The notes beneath the pieces are model-generated. The model was given only the letters and a program-made list of their open reading frames with translations. It searched no databases and had not been told where the DNA came from. DNA of 64,000 nucleotides from Candidatus Omnitrophota bacterium (GTDB taxonomy: Bacteria; Omnitrophota; Gorgyraeia; Duberdicusellales; 4484-171): NCBI GenBank assembly GCA_014729775.1, contig WJJJ01000021.1, positions 24,788 through 88,787 of the forward strand. Reading direction: 5' to 3'. Of this stretch, positions 19,825 to 29,996 are shown piece by piece (the first letter of the stretch is position 1; each line of letters starts with the position of its first letter). A program made the translations under genes and the position numbers.

Positions 19825-22268
19825 TCAAACCGCAATTCGTCGCCTTTGCGGACCGCCTTAATTTTTATCGGTTCGCCTTCCTTCTTTTTGTACTTTTCGC
19901 TGAATACTCCTTTAATGATGTCTTCAGCGAGCGGGTCTTCCAGGTACCGCTGGATCACGCGTTTCAGCGGCCGGGCTCCGTATACCGGATCAAAACCTTT
20001 CTCGGTAAATAAATCCTTGGCTTCCTGCGTCAGCACGATCTCGATATTCTGTTCTTTCAGCCGCTCGTTAACGTAACTGATTTCAATACCGACGATCTTA
20101 TCTAAATCTTCTTTCCCCAGCGGACGGAACACGATAATTTCATCCAGCCGGTTGAGGAATTCCGGTTTAAACGCTTTTTTCACTTCCTCCAGAAGAAACT
20201 TCTTCATGTCTTCATAAGAGACGTCCTCGCTCACCGCTTTAAAACCCAGCGACCCTCCTTTCCGGATAATATCGGCGCCTACATTCGACGTCATGATCAG
20301 GATCGTGTTCCGGAAATCCACTCTCCGGCCGAAACTGTCGGTGAGCCGTCCCTCTTCGAATATCTGCAGCAGCAGATTAAACACGTCCGGATGGGCTTTT
20401 TCGATCTCATCGAGCAGAATGACCGAATACGGCCGCCGCCTCACTTTTTCGCTTAGCTGTCCGCCCTCTTCGTATCCCACATATCCCGGCGGCGCGCCGA
20501 TCAGCCGCGATACGTTGAACTTCTCCATATATTCGGTCATGTCCAACTGCACAAGCGCGTCTTCGTCACCGAACATTACCTCGGCCAGCGCCCGCGCGAG
20601 CAGGGTTTTCCCCACGCCGGTGGGCCCCAAAAACACGAATGAACCGATCGGCCGGCGCGGTTCCTTAATCCCGGCCCGCGCGCGACGGATCGCCCGGGCC
20701 ATCGCGACGATCGCTTCATCCTGCCCCACGACCCGGCTTCTCAGTTCTTCTTCGATTTTCAGCAGTTTTTCCGACTCCTTTTCTTCTAAACGGTAAATTG
20801 GAATACCGGTGATCTGCGCCACCAAACGGGCGATATCTTCCTCGGACACTTGAGGAACGATCTGGTCCCGTTTTTTACTCCAGTCGCGCCGCAGCCCTTC
20901 CAGTTTAAAACGCAGGGTCTTCTCCTCATCGCGCAGCTTTGCCGCGGACTCGAAATCCTGCTGTTTGATCAGCGCTTCTTTTTCTTTAATAATTTCGTTG
21001 AGTTTCTCTTCCAGCTCTTTGATGTCTTTTGGCGCGGTCAGCACCGCTAGCCGGGAACGCGCTCCGGACTCATCGATTAAATCCACCGCTTTGTCCGGCA
21101 GGAACCGTCCCGAAATGTACCGCTCCGATAATTTCGCGGCCGCGTGCACCGCGCTGTCGGAGAACTTCACGCGATGATGCGCCTCATACTTATCCCGTAA
21201 ACCTTTCAAAATCTCGACCGTCTCCTCCACGGTATTGGGATCCACGAAAATAGGCTGGAACCGCCGTTCCAGCGCGGCATCTTTCTCAATGTACTTGCGG
21301 TATTCGTCGAGCGTAGTCGCTCCGATACACTGGATCTCTCCGCGGGACAAGGCCGGCTTCAGGATATTAGACGCATCGATCGCTCCCTCAGCCGCGCCGG
21401 CGCCGACAAGGGTATGGAGTTCGTCGATAAAAATGATCACGTCTTTGGAACGCTTAATCTCTTCCATCACCGCTTTGATCCGCTCTTCAAACTGTCCCCG
21501 GTACTTGGTTCCGGCAATCATTAACGCCAGATCCAGTACCACGATCCGCTTATACCGCAGGATTTCGGGCACATCGCCCGAATGGATACTCTGCGCCAGT
21601 CCTTCGACGATCGCGGTCTTTCCCACGCCGGCTTCCCCCAGCAGGACCGGATTGTTCTTGGTCCTGCGGGAAAGCACCTGAATGACCCGTTCGATCTCCC
21701 CTTTCCGGCCGATCACCGGATCGAGTTTCCCTTCGCGGGAAAGCCGGGTCAAATCTCTTCCGAACGAATCCAAAGCGGGCGTTTTGGAAGAACTTGCCGC
21801 CGCTCCCTGCGAGGACGCCGACTGCTGATGAATCCCCCCCAGCAGCGCGGAAATCTCTTCGCGCACCCGGCGCAGATCCACACCCAGAGAAAACAGCACC
21901 TGGCAGGCAAGCCCTTCTCCCTCGCGGATAAGCCCCAACAGGACATGTTCCGTCCCGATATAATTGTGCCCCAGACTCCGTGCCTCTTCGGCCGCCAGCT
22001 CCAGTGCTTTTTTCGCTCTGGGCGTAAACGGCACGTCACCGAGTACCGAGGACACGCTTCCCGGTGAAATAAGCTTTTCCAGCTCCATTCTGAGACGTTC
22101 CAGATCGACCCCGAGATTCTGCAGCACCGCACAGGCGACACCTTCACCTTCCCTGATCAGTCCCAGCAAAATATGCTCGGTGCCGATATAATCATGATTA
22201 AACCGTCTTGCCTCCTCCTTGGCAAGCACGAGAACTTTGCGTGCGCGTTCGGTAAATCTGTTAAACAT
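19821..22268 (-). CDS. clpC: ATP-dependent Clp protease ATP-binding subunit ClpC
   Basis: Two Clp-N repeats, NBD1 [11 protein letters not shown] middle domain, NBD2 GPTGVGKT, and the ClpP-docking loop SLGF. Confidence 0.97.
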   Translation of the reverse strand: MFNRFTERARKVLVLAKEEARRFNHDYIGTEHILLGLIREGEGVACAVLQNLGVDLERLRMELEKLISPGSVSSVLGDVPFTPRAKKALELAAEEARSLGHNYIGTEHVLLGLIREGEGLACQVLFSLGVDLRRVREEISALLGGIHQQSASSQGAAASSSKTPALDSFGRDLTRLSREGKLDPVIGRKGEIERVIQVLSRRTKNNPVLLGEAGVGKTAIVEGLAQSIHSGDVPEILRYKRIVVLDLALMIAGTKYRGQFEERIKAVMEEIKRSKDVIIFIDELHTLVGAGAAEGAIDASNILKPALSRGEIQCIGATTLDEYRKYIEKDAALERRFQPIFVDPNTVEETVEILKGLRDKYEAHHRVKFSDSAVHAAAKLSERYISGRFLPDKAVDLIDESGARSRLAVLTAPKDIKELEEKLNEIIKEKEALIKQQDFESAAKLRDEEKTLRFKLEGLRRDWSKKRDQIVPQVSEEDIARLVAQITGIPIYRLEEKESEKLLKIEEELRSRVVGQDEAIVAMARAIRRARAGIKEPRRPIGSFVFLGPTGVGKTLLARALAEVMFGDEDALVQLDMTEYMEKFNVSRLIGAPPGYVGYEEGGQLSEKVRRRPYSVILLDEIEKAHPDVFNLLLQIFEEGRLTDSFGRRVDFRNTILIMTSNVGADIIRKGGSLGFKAVSEDVSYEDMKKFLLEEVKKAFKPEFLNRLDEIIVFRPLGKEDLDKIVGIEISYVNERLKEQNIEIVLTQEAKDLFTEKGFDPVYGARPLKRVIQRYLEDPLAEDIIKGVFSEKYKKKEGEPIKIKAVRKGDELRFE

Positions 22269-22316
22269 TGAAAAACCTCCTCTTTCGCTGTTTCAACGCA
22301 GTCTTGTTCGCGATTG

Positions 22317-23387
22317 TCAACACGGGCTCAGCCGCTCCCTCAACACATCGGCGCGGACCGAATCCCGTTCTTTTTCGTTCAATACTTTGTGCTCAATTTT
22401 CTGTAAATGTGCCGGATGCACGCTCAGAAAAAGATTGTTAAGCAATTCTCTCCCCTTCCCTTTTTCGCAGAGGTGGGAGTCCTTTATTATACCTAAATCC
22501 AATCCCAATGACAACATGGAAAGGTGCTCCAGCGATTCCTGGGTACTGACCAGCCGGCAGTTGCGCAATAACCCCAAAGCTCTCCATACCCCGTCTTCCA
22601 TTTTGAGTTTGTATTTGCGGAGCAAAAACCGCCGGGCGTCCATTTCCTGGGACTTCACCTGGTTCACCACCCCGGTCAGGTTCTCGATAATTTCCCTCTC
22701 CGAAAGCCCCAGCCGCACCTGATTGGAAATCTGAAAAAAATTCCCCAATGCCTGGGTTCCCTCGCCGAACAAGCCCCGGATCGTAAAAGAAATCTTGGTC
22801 AGCAGATCGAGAATCTTGTTGATTTTTTTCGTCAACACCAGTGCCGGCAAATGGAGCATGCATGACCCCCGCAAACCGGTACCGACATTGGTCGGACACG
22901 CGGTAAGATAACCCAATTCCGGGGAAAACGCGTACCCGACGGTTTTACTGAACCGGTCGTCGATAGAATTCAGCAGTTCCCAGCACTCCTGAAGATTAAA
23001 TCCCGAGGTCACTGCCTGCATTCGCAAATGATCCTCTTCGTTTATCATCACCGCGATCTTTTCGTCTCGTGACACAAGCAGTCCTCTCCCCCGCGGCGAG
23101 GTCAAATGCTCCCGGCTGACTAAATGCCGCTCCAGCAAAAACTGCTTGTCGACATCCTCAATCTCCGTCATTCGCAGATACAACGCGCGCGACAGCAACG
23201 GAATCTGCGCATGAGCCTGCTGGATTTTTTTCAGTATCTGGTTCTTCTGCTGAAAACTGGCGCGGCCCACGAAAGGATACGCGGCCAGGTTCCGGGCCAG
23301 CCGGATCCGGGAAGAAAACACGATGCCGGACGACGGACCTTTGCCGTTCAGCCAGCTTTTGGAATTCGAAAGGAACTCGTCAAACAT
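22317..23387 (-). CDS. mcsB: Protein arginine kinase McsB
   Basis: SSRIRLARN, NEEDHLR, GYLTACPTNVGTGLR, RGLFGEG and QISNQ. Confidence 0.95.
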   Translation of the reverse strand: MFDEFLSNSKSWLNGKGPSSGIVFSSRIRLARNLAAYPFVGRASFQQKNQILKKIQQAHAQIPLLSRALYLRMTEIEDVDKQFLLERHLVSREHLTSPRGRGLLVSRDEKIAVMINEEDHLRMQAVTSGFNLQECWELLNSIDDRFSKTVGYAFSPELGYLTACPTNVGTGLRGSCMLHLPALVLTKKINKILDLLTKISFTIRGLFGEGTQALGNFFQISNQVRLGLSEREIIENLTGVVNQVKSQEMDARRFLLRKYKLKMEDGVWRALGLLRNCRLVSTQESLEHLSMLSLGLDLGIIKDSHLCEKGKGRELLNNLFLSVHPAHLQKIEHKVLNEKERDSVRADVLRERLSPC

Positions 23388-23880
23388 CGCCGGATTTCTT
23401 TCTGCGTCGCACCCGCTTAAGCTCATCCCTCAGCCGGGCAGCTTCCTCGTATTCCTCTAACTGTATCGCCCGGTTCAATAAATTTTGCAACTCACGGATT
23501 TTTACGTCCAGAGCACCCCGCCCCTTCCCGGTTAACGGCCGCTTCCCCTGATGATACACGGAACCGTGGATCTTTTTCACCAGCGGCAGCAAATGCTCGC
23601 GAAACGCGGCATAGCACTTCGCGCAGCCGAGACGGCCGGTTTCTCTGAATTCCCGGTAGGTCGAGCCGCATCCCGGGCATTTTTTCGCCCGGACGCCTTT
23701 TTTTTCCTGGGATTTTCCACTCAGCCCCGTGAGAAAGTCGGAAAAACTCACCTGATCCTTGATCTCGGCGGCCTTATGCCGGGCACACTCCTGACAGATG
23801 TGCATCTCCACGACCTTTTCGTTCACAATCTCGGTCAGATGTACCGTCGCCGCGTTTTTTTGACACACATCACACAACAT
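23380..23880 (-). CDS. mcsA: McsA (CxxC motifs + UVR domain)
   Basis: CDVC..ATVHLT, CQEC, CPGC, GRLGCAKCY and EEYEEAARLRD. Confidence 0.94.
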   Translation of the reverse strand: MLCDVCQKNAATVHLTEIVNEKVVEMHICQECARHKAAEIKDQVSFSDFLTGLSGKSQEKKGVRAKKCPGCGSTYREFRETGRLGCAKCYAAFREHLLPLVKKIHGSVYHQGKRPLTGKGRGALDVKIRELQNLLNRAIQLEEYEEAARLRDELKRVRRRKKSGDV

Positions 23881-23887
23881 AATTGGC

Positions 23888-23962
23888 CTATTGTCTCTTC
23901 TTTACCCCTTTTTGCGCTCGGCTTCCTTCCCTCTGTATCTTCTTACCTCTGTCCTCTTCTTC
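23888..23962. repeat. Pyrimidine-rich degenerate short-period repeat tract
   Basis: TCTTCTTTACCCTT...CCTCTGTATCTTCTTACCTCTGTCCTCTTCTTCC between ilvE and mcsA; shares CTTACCTCTG with the 17.2 kb tract. Confidence 0.55.
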
Positions 23963-24838
23963 CTACACCGTATACTTCACCCCGTCTTTCTTGGTCGCCT
24001 GTTGAAACCGGCGCATAATCTTTTTGGTGTGCGTCCCGGGATGTCCGCTGCCGATGGTCCTGCCGTCCACCCGCACCACCGGCACGATCTCCGCCGCGGT
24101 CCCGGTGAGAAAACATTCGTCGCTGATAAATAGTTCATGCCGGGTAAGCACGTGCTCATGCGTGGGGATCTTCATCTTTTTGGCGATCTCCAACACCGTG
24201 TCGCGGGTGATCCCCCGCAGGGTTCCCATACATTGAGGCGGAGTATACAGCTCGCCCCCTTTTACCACGAAAATATTATCGCCGGTACACTCGGCAACAT
24301 AGCCCAGGTGATCGAGCATCAGCGCTTCCTGGTATCCGCAGTTGACCGCTTCTATTTTCGCCAGGATATTATTGAGATAATTGAGCGACTTGATCTGCGG
24401 ATTGAGCGCTTCCGGAATATTACGCACCGTCGGCACGGTAATGATCTCCATCCCTTTTTGATATAATTCTCTGGGATACAAATTAATCTTATCGGCGATG
24501 ATCACCAGGGTCTCCTGCCCTTTGCACTTGCGCGGATCAAGCCCCAGATCTCCCGCCCCCCGCGAAAGCACCACCCGGATATAGGCGTCTTTAAGCTTGT
24601 TCTTCTTGAGCGTTTTAATGACGGCTTTTTCCAATTCTTTTTTGGGCAACGGACAGTGCAGCATAATGGAATGCGCCGATTCAAATAAACGGTCGACGTG
24701 CTCTTTCAGCTTAAACACCAGTCCGTCGTAGGCACGGATTCCTTCAAACACCCCGTCCCCGTAAAGATATCCGTGGTCGAACACGGAAATCTTCGCGTCG
24801 TTTTTATCCACCAGCTTGCCGTTCAAATAAATCTTCAT
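23963..24838 (-). CDS. ilvE: Branched-chain amino acid aminotransferase
   Basis: DHGYLYGDGVFEGIR, PLP lysine IKSLNYLNN, LRGITR and ECFLTGTAAE. Confidence 0.93.
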   Translation of the reverse strand: MKIYLNGKLVDKNDAKISVFDHGYLYGDGVFEGIRAYDGLVFKLKEHVDRLFESAHSIMLHCPLPKKELEKAVIKTLKKNKLKDAYIRVVLSRGAGDLGLDPRKCKGQETLVIIADKINLYPRELYQKGMEIITVPTVRNIPEALNPQIKSLNYLNNILAKIEAVNCGYQEALMLDHLGYVAECTGDNIFVVKGGELYTPPQCMGTLRGITRDTVLEIAKKMKIPTHEHVLTRHELFISDECFLTGTAAEIVPVVRVDGRTIGSGHPGTHTKKIMRRFQQATKKDGVKYTV

Positions 24839-25515
24839 TGATCCCCCTTTTCTCTGATCCGGCCTTCTTCCAGATAAAGAATCCGTGCGGCCTTTTGGGC
24901 CAGTTCGTGATTATGCGTCACCAGTATTACCGTCTTCCCCAGCTCGCGGTTCAGACGGTCCAACAGCGCCGTGATTTTCTCGCGGGATTCCCGGTCGAGA
25001 TTACCGGTCGGTTCATCGCACAGGATCAGCTCCGGTTCATTCACTAACGCTCTCGCGAATGCGACTTTCTGCTTTTCGCCGCCGCTGAGCTGAAACGGGA
25101 AAAATCTTTGACGCGGCAGGATGTCAAGGTATTCTAACAATTTCGCCGCCTTTTTAAAAGAAGATTTTCTGTGCTTCAAAAAACGCGGCAGCGCGACGTT
25201 CTCCCTCACTCTGAGTTCGTCGATCAAATGATAAAACTGAAACACGTATCCCACCGAGCGGCGGCGCCAGCGGGCGCGCTGCTTCTGGCGCAAACGGTAT
25301 ACGTCTTTTCCCTTCCAGAGAACTTCTCCGCCGGTAGGAGGTTCCAGGCCGCCGATCGCGTGCAACAGCGTGGATTTCCCCGCGCCGGACGGACCGACAA
25401 TACTCACATAATCTCCTTCCTCTATCCGCAGAGACACGTTGTGCAATACGATCACGTGCTCACGGCCGGTCCGGTATATTTTCGACAGATTTTTGACTTC
25501 GAGCATACTATTCAT
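24835..25515 (-). CDS. lolD: LolD-like ABC ATP-binding protein
   Basis: GPSGAGKSTLL, VFQFYHL, LSGGEKQ and DEPTGNLD; coupled to a LolC/E-like permease. Confidence 0.8.
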   Translation of the reverse strand: MNSMLEVKNLSKIYRTGREHVIVLHNVSLRIEEGDYVSIVGPSGAGKSTLLHAIGGLEPPTGGEVLWKGKDVYRLRQKQRARWRRRSVGYVFQFYHLIDELRVRENVALPRFLKHRKSSFKKAAKLLEYLDILPRQRFFPFQLSGGEKQKVAFARALVNEPELILCDEPTGNLDRESREKITALLDRLNRELGKTVILVTHNHELAQKAARILYLEEGRIREKGDQ

Positions 25516-26665
25516 AACGTAACGCGCGGCTGGCCGGCAGCCGGGACGCCCGCAGAGCGGGAAAAATACTGGACACGAACGAAATTCCCAGAGCGATGAA
25601 CGCGGTCATCGCCACGTCTTCATAGCGCACGATCACCGGAAGATATTCGGTGAAAAAAATCTCCTCAGGCAGGCGGATAAAAGGGTACTTCTGGAGCAGA
25701 GCGCACGCACCCAGGCCCAGCGCGGAACCGCCGATCACGCCGAGCATCCCGAGGATCATCCCCTGAAGGGTGAAAATCCTCCAAATATGACCGTTGGTAA
25801 ATCCCAGTGACTTCAGTATGCCGATATCCTTTGTTTTTTCCACCACCTTGACCGTGAGCGTGGCGAAAATATTAAACGAGGCGATAAGGATAATAAGAGT
25901 AAGAATGATGAACATCGCGATTTTTTCCAGCCGCAGGGTCGCGAACAGCGCTTCGTTCGTTTCCATCCACGTGGACACGTATACGCCGCGCGAAAACGCT
26001 CCCTGGATACGCGCCTTGATCTCATCCGCCGCAAACGGCTCCTCAATACGCAGACCGAGAAAGAACTGATAATGCGGAGAGATCCGCTTCGCGGTTTCGA
26101 CGTCGGTAATCAGGTAAAAATTATCGATATCGTACAGCCCGACGTGAAACGTACCGCGCACGTCGGCCTCCCGCTGCTGCAGTTTTTTCTGCAGCGGGTA
26201 AAACGTGACCGTTTCTCCCGGCATAAACCGCCGCCTCAACCCTGTTCCGATAAAAAAACCTTCGCCGCCGCGGTCCTCTCGCACGTACTGGGCGAAAAAT
26301 TCCCGTTCCCGTTCATTGGTCAAATCAATTCCTTTGACAATGAGCGGCACGATATTTTCCTGAAATTTGGCGAAAATCTGCGTCTGCACGGCAAGCGAAG
26401 AGATCTCGATGCCCGGCCAGTCCCGTACCGCTTCGTTTACCGAATACAATAACGAATCCTCTTCACTTTCCACGGTCACGTGGTACTGAAACCTCATCAC
26501 CCGTTCCAGCAATCCGCCGTCGATCCCGTTGATGATCGACGTCGCGACGATAACGCTGGCCACCCCCAGCATCACGCCGGCACAGGACACGATACCGATG
26601 AACGAAACGTGTTTAGTTTTCCCGCGGAACAGATACCGTCGTGCGAGATAAAATTCCGTTCTCAT
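25508..26665 (-). CDS. lolE: LolC/LolE-family lipoprotein-releasing permease
   Basis: ARRYL..FI..VS..GV.LGV, LEK..MF.IL.LI..IA.FNI, EKTKDIGILKSLG and PALRAS..P..ALRYE. Confidence 0.85.
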   Translation of the reverse strand: MRTEFYLARRYLFRGKTKHVSFIGIVSCAGVMLGVASVIVATSIINGIDGGLLERVMRFQYHVTVESEEDSLLYSVNEAVRDWPGIEISSLAVQTQIFAKFQENIVPLIVKGIDLTNEREREFFAQYVREDRGGEGFFIGTGLRRRFMPGETVTFYPLQKKLQQREADVRGTFHVGLYDIDNFYLITDVETAKRISPHYQFFLGLRIEEPFAADEIKARIQGAFSRGVYVSTWMETNEALFATLRLEKIAMFIILTLIILIASFNIFATLTVKVVEKTKDIGILKSLGFTNGHIWRIFTLQGMILGMLGVIGGSALGLGACALLQKYPFIRLPEEIFFTEYLPVIVRYEDVAMTAFIALGISFVSSIFPALRASRLPASRALRYE

Positions 26666-26700
26666 ATCACCTTTTTTTGAAACAAAAATTATTCAGGATT

Positions 26701-28164
26701 TCAAACCTTCTTCTGACCGCCGCTGTCTTCCTCGGGGCGTTCGGGTGCGGCTGCTGCCGGTCGGAGGAGAGGGAAAAGGATCACATCTTTGATTGAAGAC
26801 TGATTGAGAAGAATCATGGCCAACCGGTCGATACCGATGCCCAGCCCGGCGGCGGGCGGCATCCCGTACTGCAAGCTCGCGAGGAAATCCTGATCTATTT
26901 TTTTCGGAAGCTCCTCTTCAACCTCCATCTGCCGCCGGAACCGTTTCTCCTGCTCCAACGGATCATTTAATTCCGAATAGGCATTGGCAACTTCGATCCC
27001 GGCGATGAAAAGTTCGAAGCGTTCCACCAGCGCGGGATTGTCCGGCTTTGCTTTGGCCAGCGGTGACATCCAGGTAAAAAAGTCCACGATAAACGCCGGT
27101 TTTTCCTGAGGATAATGCTTTTCAATCAATTCCTCGGTAATGTTCAATATCTGCGTCCGGGTAAGCCCCTTCTCCAGCGTCAGTTTCTGTTCGATCTTGG
27201 CCAGCATTTCTTCAGGAGCATCCGCGCTCTCTACGCCGAACTCGCGGGAAAATAATGCCGCGAACGAAATTCGCTGCCAGGGCGGGGTAAAATCGATCGC
27301 CCGGCCCTGATATTCAATACGGTAATCTCCGCTGACTTCTTTCACCAATCCGGAAATCATCTGTTCGCACAGCTGCATCATGTATTCAAAACCCTGATAG
27401 GCGCAGTAGGCCTCGAGCATCGTAAATTCCGGATTATGCCGCGGGGACACCCCTTCGTTGCGGAAACTCCGGTTGATCTCAAACACCTTCTCCAGCCCCC
27501 CTACCACTAGGCGTTTTAAATATAGTTCGGGCGCGATGCGCAGATACACATCCATACCCGTCGCGTGATGATGGGTGACAAACGGACGTCCCGCCGCCCC
27601 GCCGGGGATCCGGTGCAACATCGGAGTTTCCACCTCCAGATACCCGCGGCCGGCGAAAAAATCACGCACCCGCGAAACGATCCGTGACCGTTCCATGAAT
27701 ACTTTACGGACGTCGGGATTGGCGATCAAATCAAGAGAACGATGACGGTAGCGCACCTCCACGTCTTTTAATCCGTGCCATTTTTCCGGCAGGGGCCGCA
27801 GCGTTTTGGATAACAGAACGATCTCCTTCGCCAGCACGGTTTTTTCTCCGGTCCGGGTGCAAAACAGCGTCCCCGTTACTCCGATGATATCTCCCACATC
27901 CAGCTGTTTGAACAGCGCGAACAGATTTTCTCCAAGCGTATTTTTCTGGGCGTAAAGCTGTATCTTGGCTTCCCGGCCCAAGATATGCGCGAATCCGGAC
28001 TTGCCGTGTTCCCGCTTGGATACCACGCGGCCGGCTAAAGAAACTTCCTTTTCCTCGGCGAACGCATGCAGTGCCTCACTCACGGACGCAGTAACCGGAT
28101 ATGCCGTCCGCGCGAACGGATCACCCCATTTTTCCTTGATTTTTAGGAGTTTTTCTGTATCCAT
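26701..28164 (-). CDS. lysS: Lysyl-tRNA synthetase (class II)
   Basis: LPEKWHGLKD, YLRIAPELYLKRL, FRNEG..RHNPEF and YGMPPAAGLGIGIDRL. Confidence 0.97.
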   Translation of the reverse strand: MDTEKLLKIKEKWGDPFARTAYPVTASVSEALHAFAEEKEVSLAGRVVSKREHGKSGFAHILGREAKIQLYAQKNTLGENLFALFKQLDVGDIIGVTGTLFCTRTGEKTVLAKEIVLLSKTLRPLPEKWHGLKDVEVRYRHRSLDLIANPDVRKVFMERSRIVSRVRDFFAGRGYLEVETPMLHRIPGGAAGRPFVTHHHATGMDVYLRIAPELYLKRLVVGGLEKVFEINRSFRNEGVSPRHNPEFTMLEAYCAYQGFEYMMQLCEQMISGLVKEVSGDYRIEYQGRAIDFTPPWQRISFAALFSREFGVESADAPEEMLAKIEQKLTLEKGLTRTQILNITEELIEKHYPQEKPAFIVDFFTWMSPLAKAKPDNPALVERFELFIAGIEVANAYSELNDPLEQEKRFRRQMEVEEELPKKIDQDFLASLQYGMPPAAGLGIGIDRLAMILLNQSSIKDVILFPLLRPAAAAPERPEEDSGGQKKV

Positions 28165-28174
28165 AGGTTTCTCA

Positions 28175-28203
28175 ATTATATAGAATCATTTTCCTACTGT
28201 CAA
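28175..28203 (-). promoter_or_regulatory. Perfect-consensus sigma70 promoter for lysS
   Basis: TTGACA (28203-28198), 17 bp, TATAAT (28180-28175), ending 10 nt before the lysS ATG. Confidence 0.85.
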
Positions 28204-28209
28204 ACGAAT

Positions 28210-29037
28210 TCACCGTCGGTGAGTTCCCCTTTCCCCGGCGTCAATCCGGGGAGAAGCATCGAGCAAACGGCGCGTATATTCTTGCGACGGTTTCCCGAAC
28301 AGCTTTTCCGTGGACGCCTGTTCGATGATCCGCCCCGCGCGCATAACATACACCTCATCGCTCATGTGCCGGATCACGTCCAGGTCATGCGCGATAAATA
28401 AATAGGTAAGGCCGAACCTCCGCTGGAGATCCCGAAGCAGATTCAGCACCTGAGCCTGAACCGACACGTCCAGCGAAGACACAGGTTCATCGAGAATGAT
28501 CATCTTCGGCCGCATGATCAGCGCCCGCGCGATACTGATCCGTTGACGCTGGCCGCCGCTGAACTCATGCGGATAACGCGTCATGCTTTCCGGATCAAGC
28601 CCTACCTCGGTGAGCATTTCCGCAGTTCGCCGATCGCGCGCGTCTTTGGACAATTTCGGTTCCAGTATCCGTAGTCCTTCTTGTAAAATCTGCGCGACCG
28701 TAAACCGGGGGTCCAATGAGGCAAACGGATCCTGAAACACCAGCTGCAGATGCCGACGCAGCTGCCTCAGCCGGGCAGACGGGATCTGCGTCAAGTCTTC
28801 CCCCTGGAAGGCTATGCGTCCCTCACGCTCCCGGATGAGCCGCACGACCGTCCGCGCCAGTGTGGTTTTCCCGCAGCCGGATTCCCCAACCAGCCCTACC
28901 GTACTTCCCTCGGGAACAGACAGATCCACTCCGTCAACGGCTTTTACCCACCCGACGGTTCTCGATAACACTCCCCGCCGGAGGGGGAAATGCACGTGTA
29001 ACCCGGAAACCGAAAGAATCTCGTTCGCGTCATTCAT
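28210..29037 (-). CDS. Oligopeptide/dipeptide ABC ATP-binding protein (OppF/DppF-like)
   Basis: GESGCGKTT, VFQDPFASL, YPHEFSGGQRQR and DEPVSSLDVSVQAQ. Confidence 0.9.
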   Translation of the reverse strand: MNDANEILSVSGLHVHFPLRRGVLSRTVGWVKAVDGVDLSVPEGSTVGLVGESGCGKTTLARTVVRLIREREGRIAFQGEDLTQIPSARLRQLRRHLQLVFQDPFASLDPRFTVAQILQEGLRILEPKLSKDARDRRTAEMLTEVGLDPESMTRYPHEFSGGQRQRISIARALIMRPKMIILDEPVSSLDVSVQAQVLNLLRDLQRRFGLTYLFIAHDLDVIRHMSDEVYVMRAGRIIEQASTEKLFGKPSQEYTRRLLDASPRIDAGERGTHRR

Positions 29038-29996
29038 ACGCGCACGCACCTCACCCAGTGGTCCGGGGCAATCTCCCTCATCTCAGGCAGTTCATCCCGG
29101 CAGCGCGCCTCCGCGAGCGGACAACGGGACGAAAAAAAGCATCCGGGCGGTTTCGCCGCCGGGTCAGGCACGGTACCGGGAATACTCCTTAATTCCCTGC
29201 GGGCGGTTCGGCCGGGAAGCGAATCCAGCAGTCCCCGGGTATACGGATGCAGCGGATTGCGAATCAGTTCCCGCGTCGCGGCGATCTCAACGATCACCCC
29301 GGCGTACATCACCGCGATACGATCCGCCGCCTGCGCGCAGAGCGCGATATCATGAGTGATAAGCACAAAGGCGAATTCAATCTCCTCCTGCAGCTGACGG
29401 AACAGACGCATGATCCGGGCCTGCACCGTCACGTCAAGCGCAGTCGTCGGCTCATCGGCAACGAGCAGTTTCGGCCTGCAGGACAACGCCATCGCGGTCA
29501 TCACCCGCTGGGCCTGCCCGCCGCTGAGCTGATGGGGATAATCCTTCATCCGCTGAGCGGGCTCGGCAATCCCGACCTTATCCAGAAGTTCGACCGTCCG
29601 CCGCCGCCGGTCTGCTTTGGATAAAGCGGTATGCACCCGCAGCATTTCTTGAATTTGAAATTCTATGGTGAACACCGGATTCAACGCCGCTTTCGGTTCC
29701 TGAAAGATCATCGCGATTTCGCCTCCCCGTACGCGGCGCATCGCCGACTCCGGAAGAGTCAGCAGATCACGCCCGCTAAACGTGACGCGGCCGCGCAGCA
29801 CACGCCCCGGTTCCTGGACCAGCCGCAGCATCGACAGCGCGGTAACCGATTTCCCGCAGCCGGATTCCCCGACCAGCCCCAGCGCTTCTCCCCTGCGTAC
29901 GGAAAAAGTCACGCCTTCGACCGCTCTGACCACGCTGTCTTCAAGAAAGAAGGAAGTATGCAGATCATCGATGCGCAGCAGTTCTTCCGCCATCAC
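29034..29996 (-). CDS. Oligopeptide/dipeptide ABC ATP-binding protein (OppD/DppD-like)
   Basis: GESGCGKS, YPHQLSGG, DEPTTALDVTVQ, HPYT and a C-terminal Cys cluster. Confidence 0.9.
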   Translation of the reverse strand: MMAEELLRIDDLHTSFFLEDSVVRAVEGVTFSVRRGEALGLVGESGCGKSVTALSMLRLVQEPGRVLRGRVTFSGRDLLTLPESAMRRVRGGEIAMIFQEPKAALNPVFTIEFQIQEMLRVHTALSKADRRRRTVELLDKVGIAEPAQRMKDYPHQLSGGQAQRVMTAMALSCRPKLLVADEPTTALDVTVQARIMRLFRQLQEEIEFAFVLITHDIALCAQAADRIAVMYAGVIVEIAATRELIRNPLHPYTRGLLDSLPGRTARRELRSIPGTVPDPAAKPPGCFFSSRCPLAEARCRDELPEMREIAPDHWVRCVRV

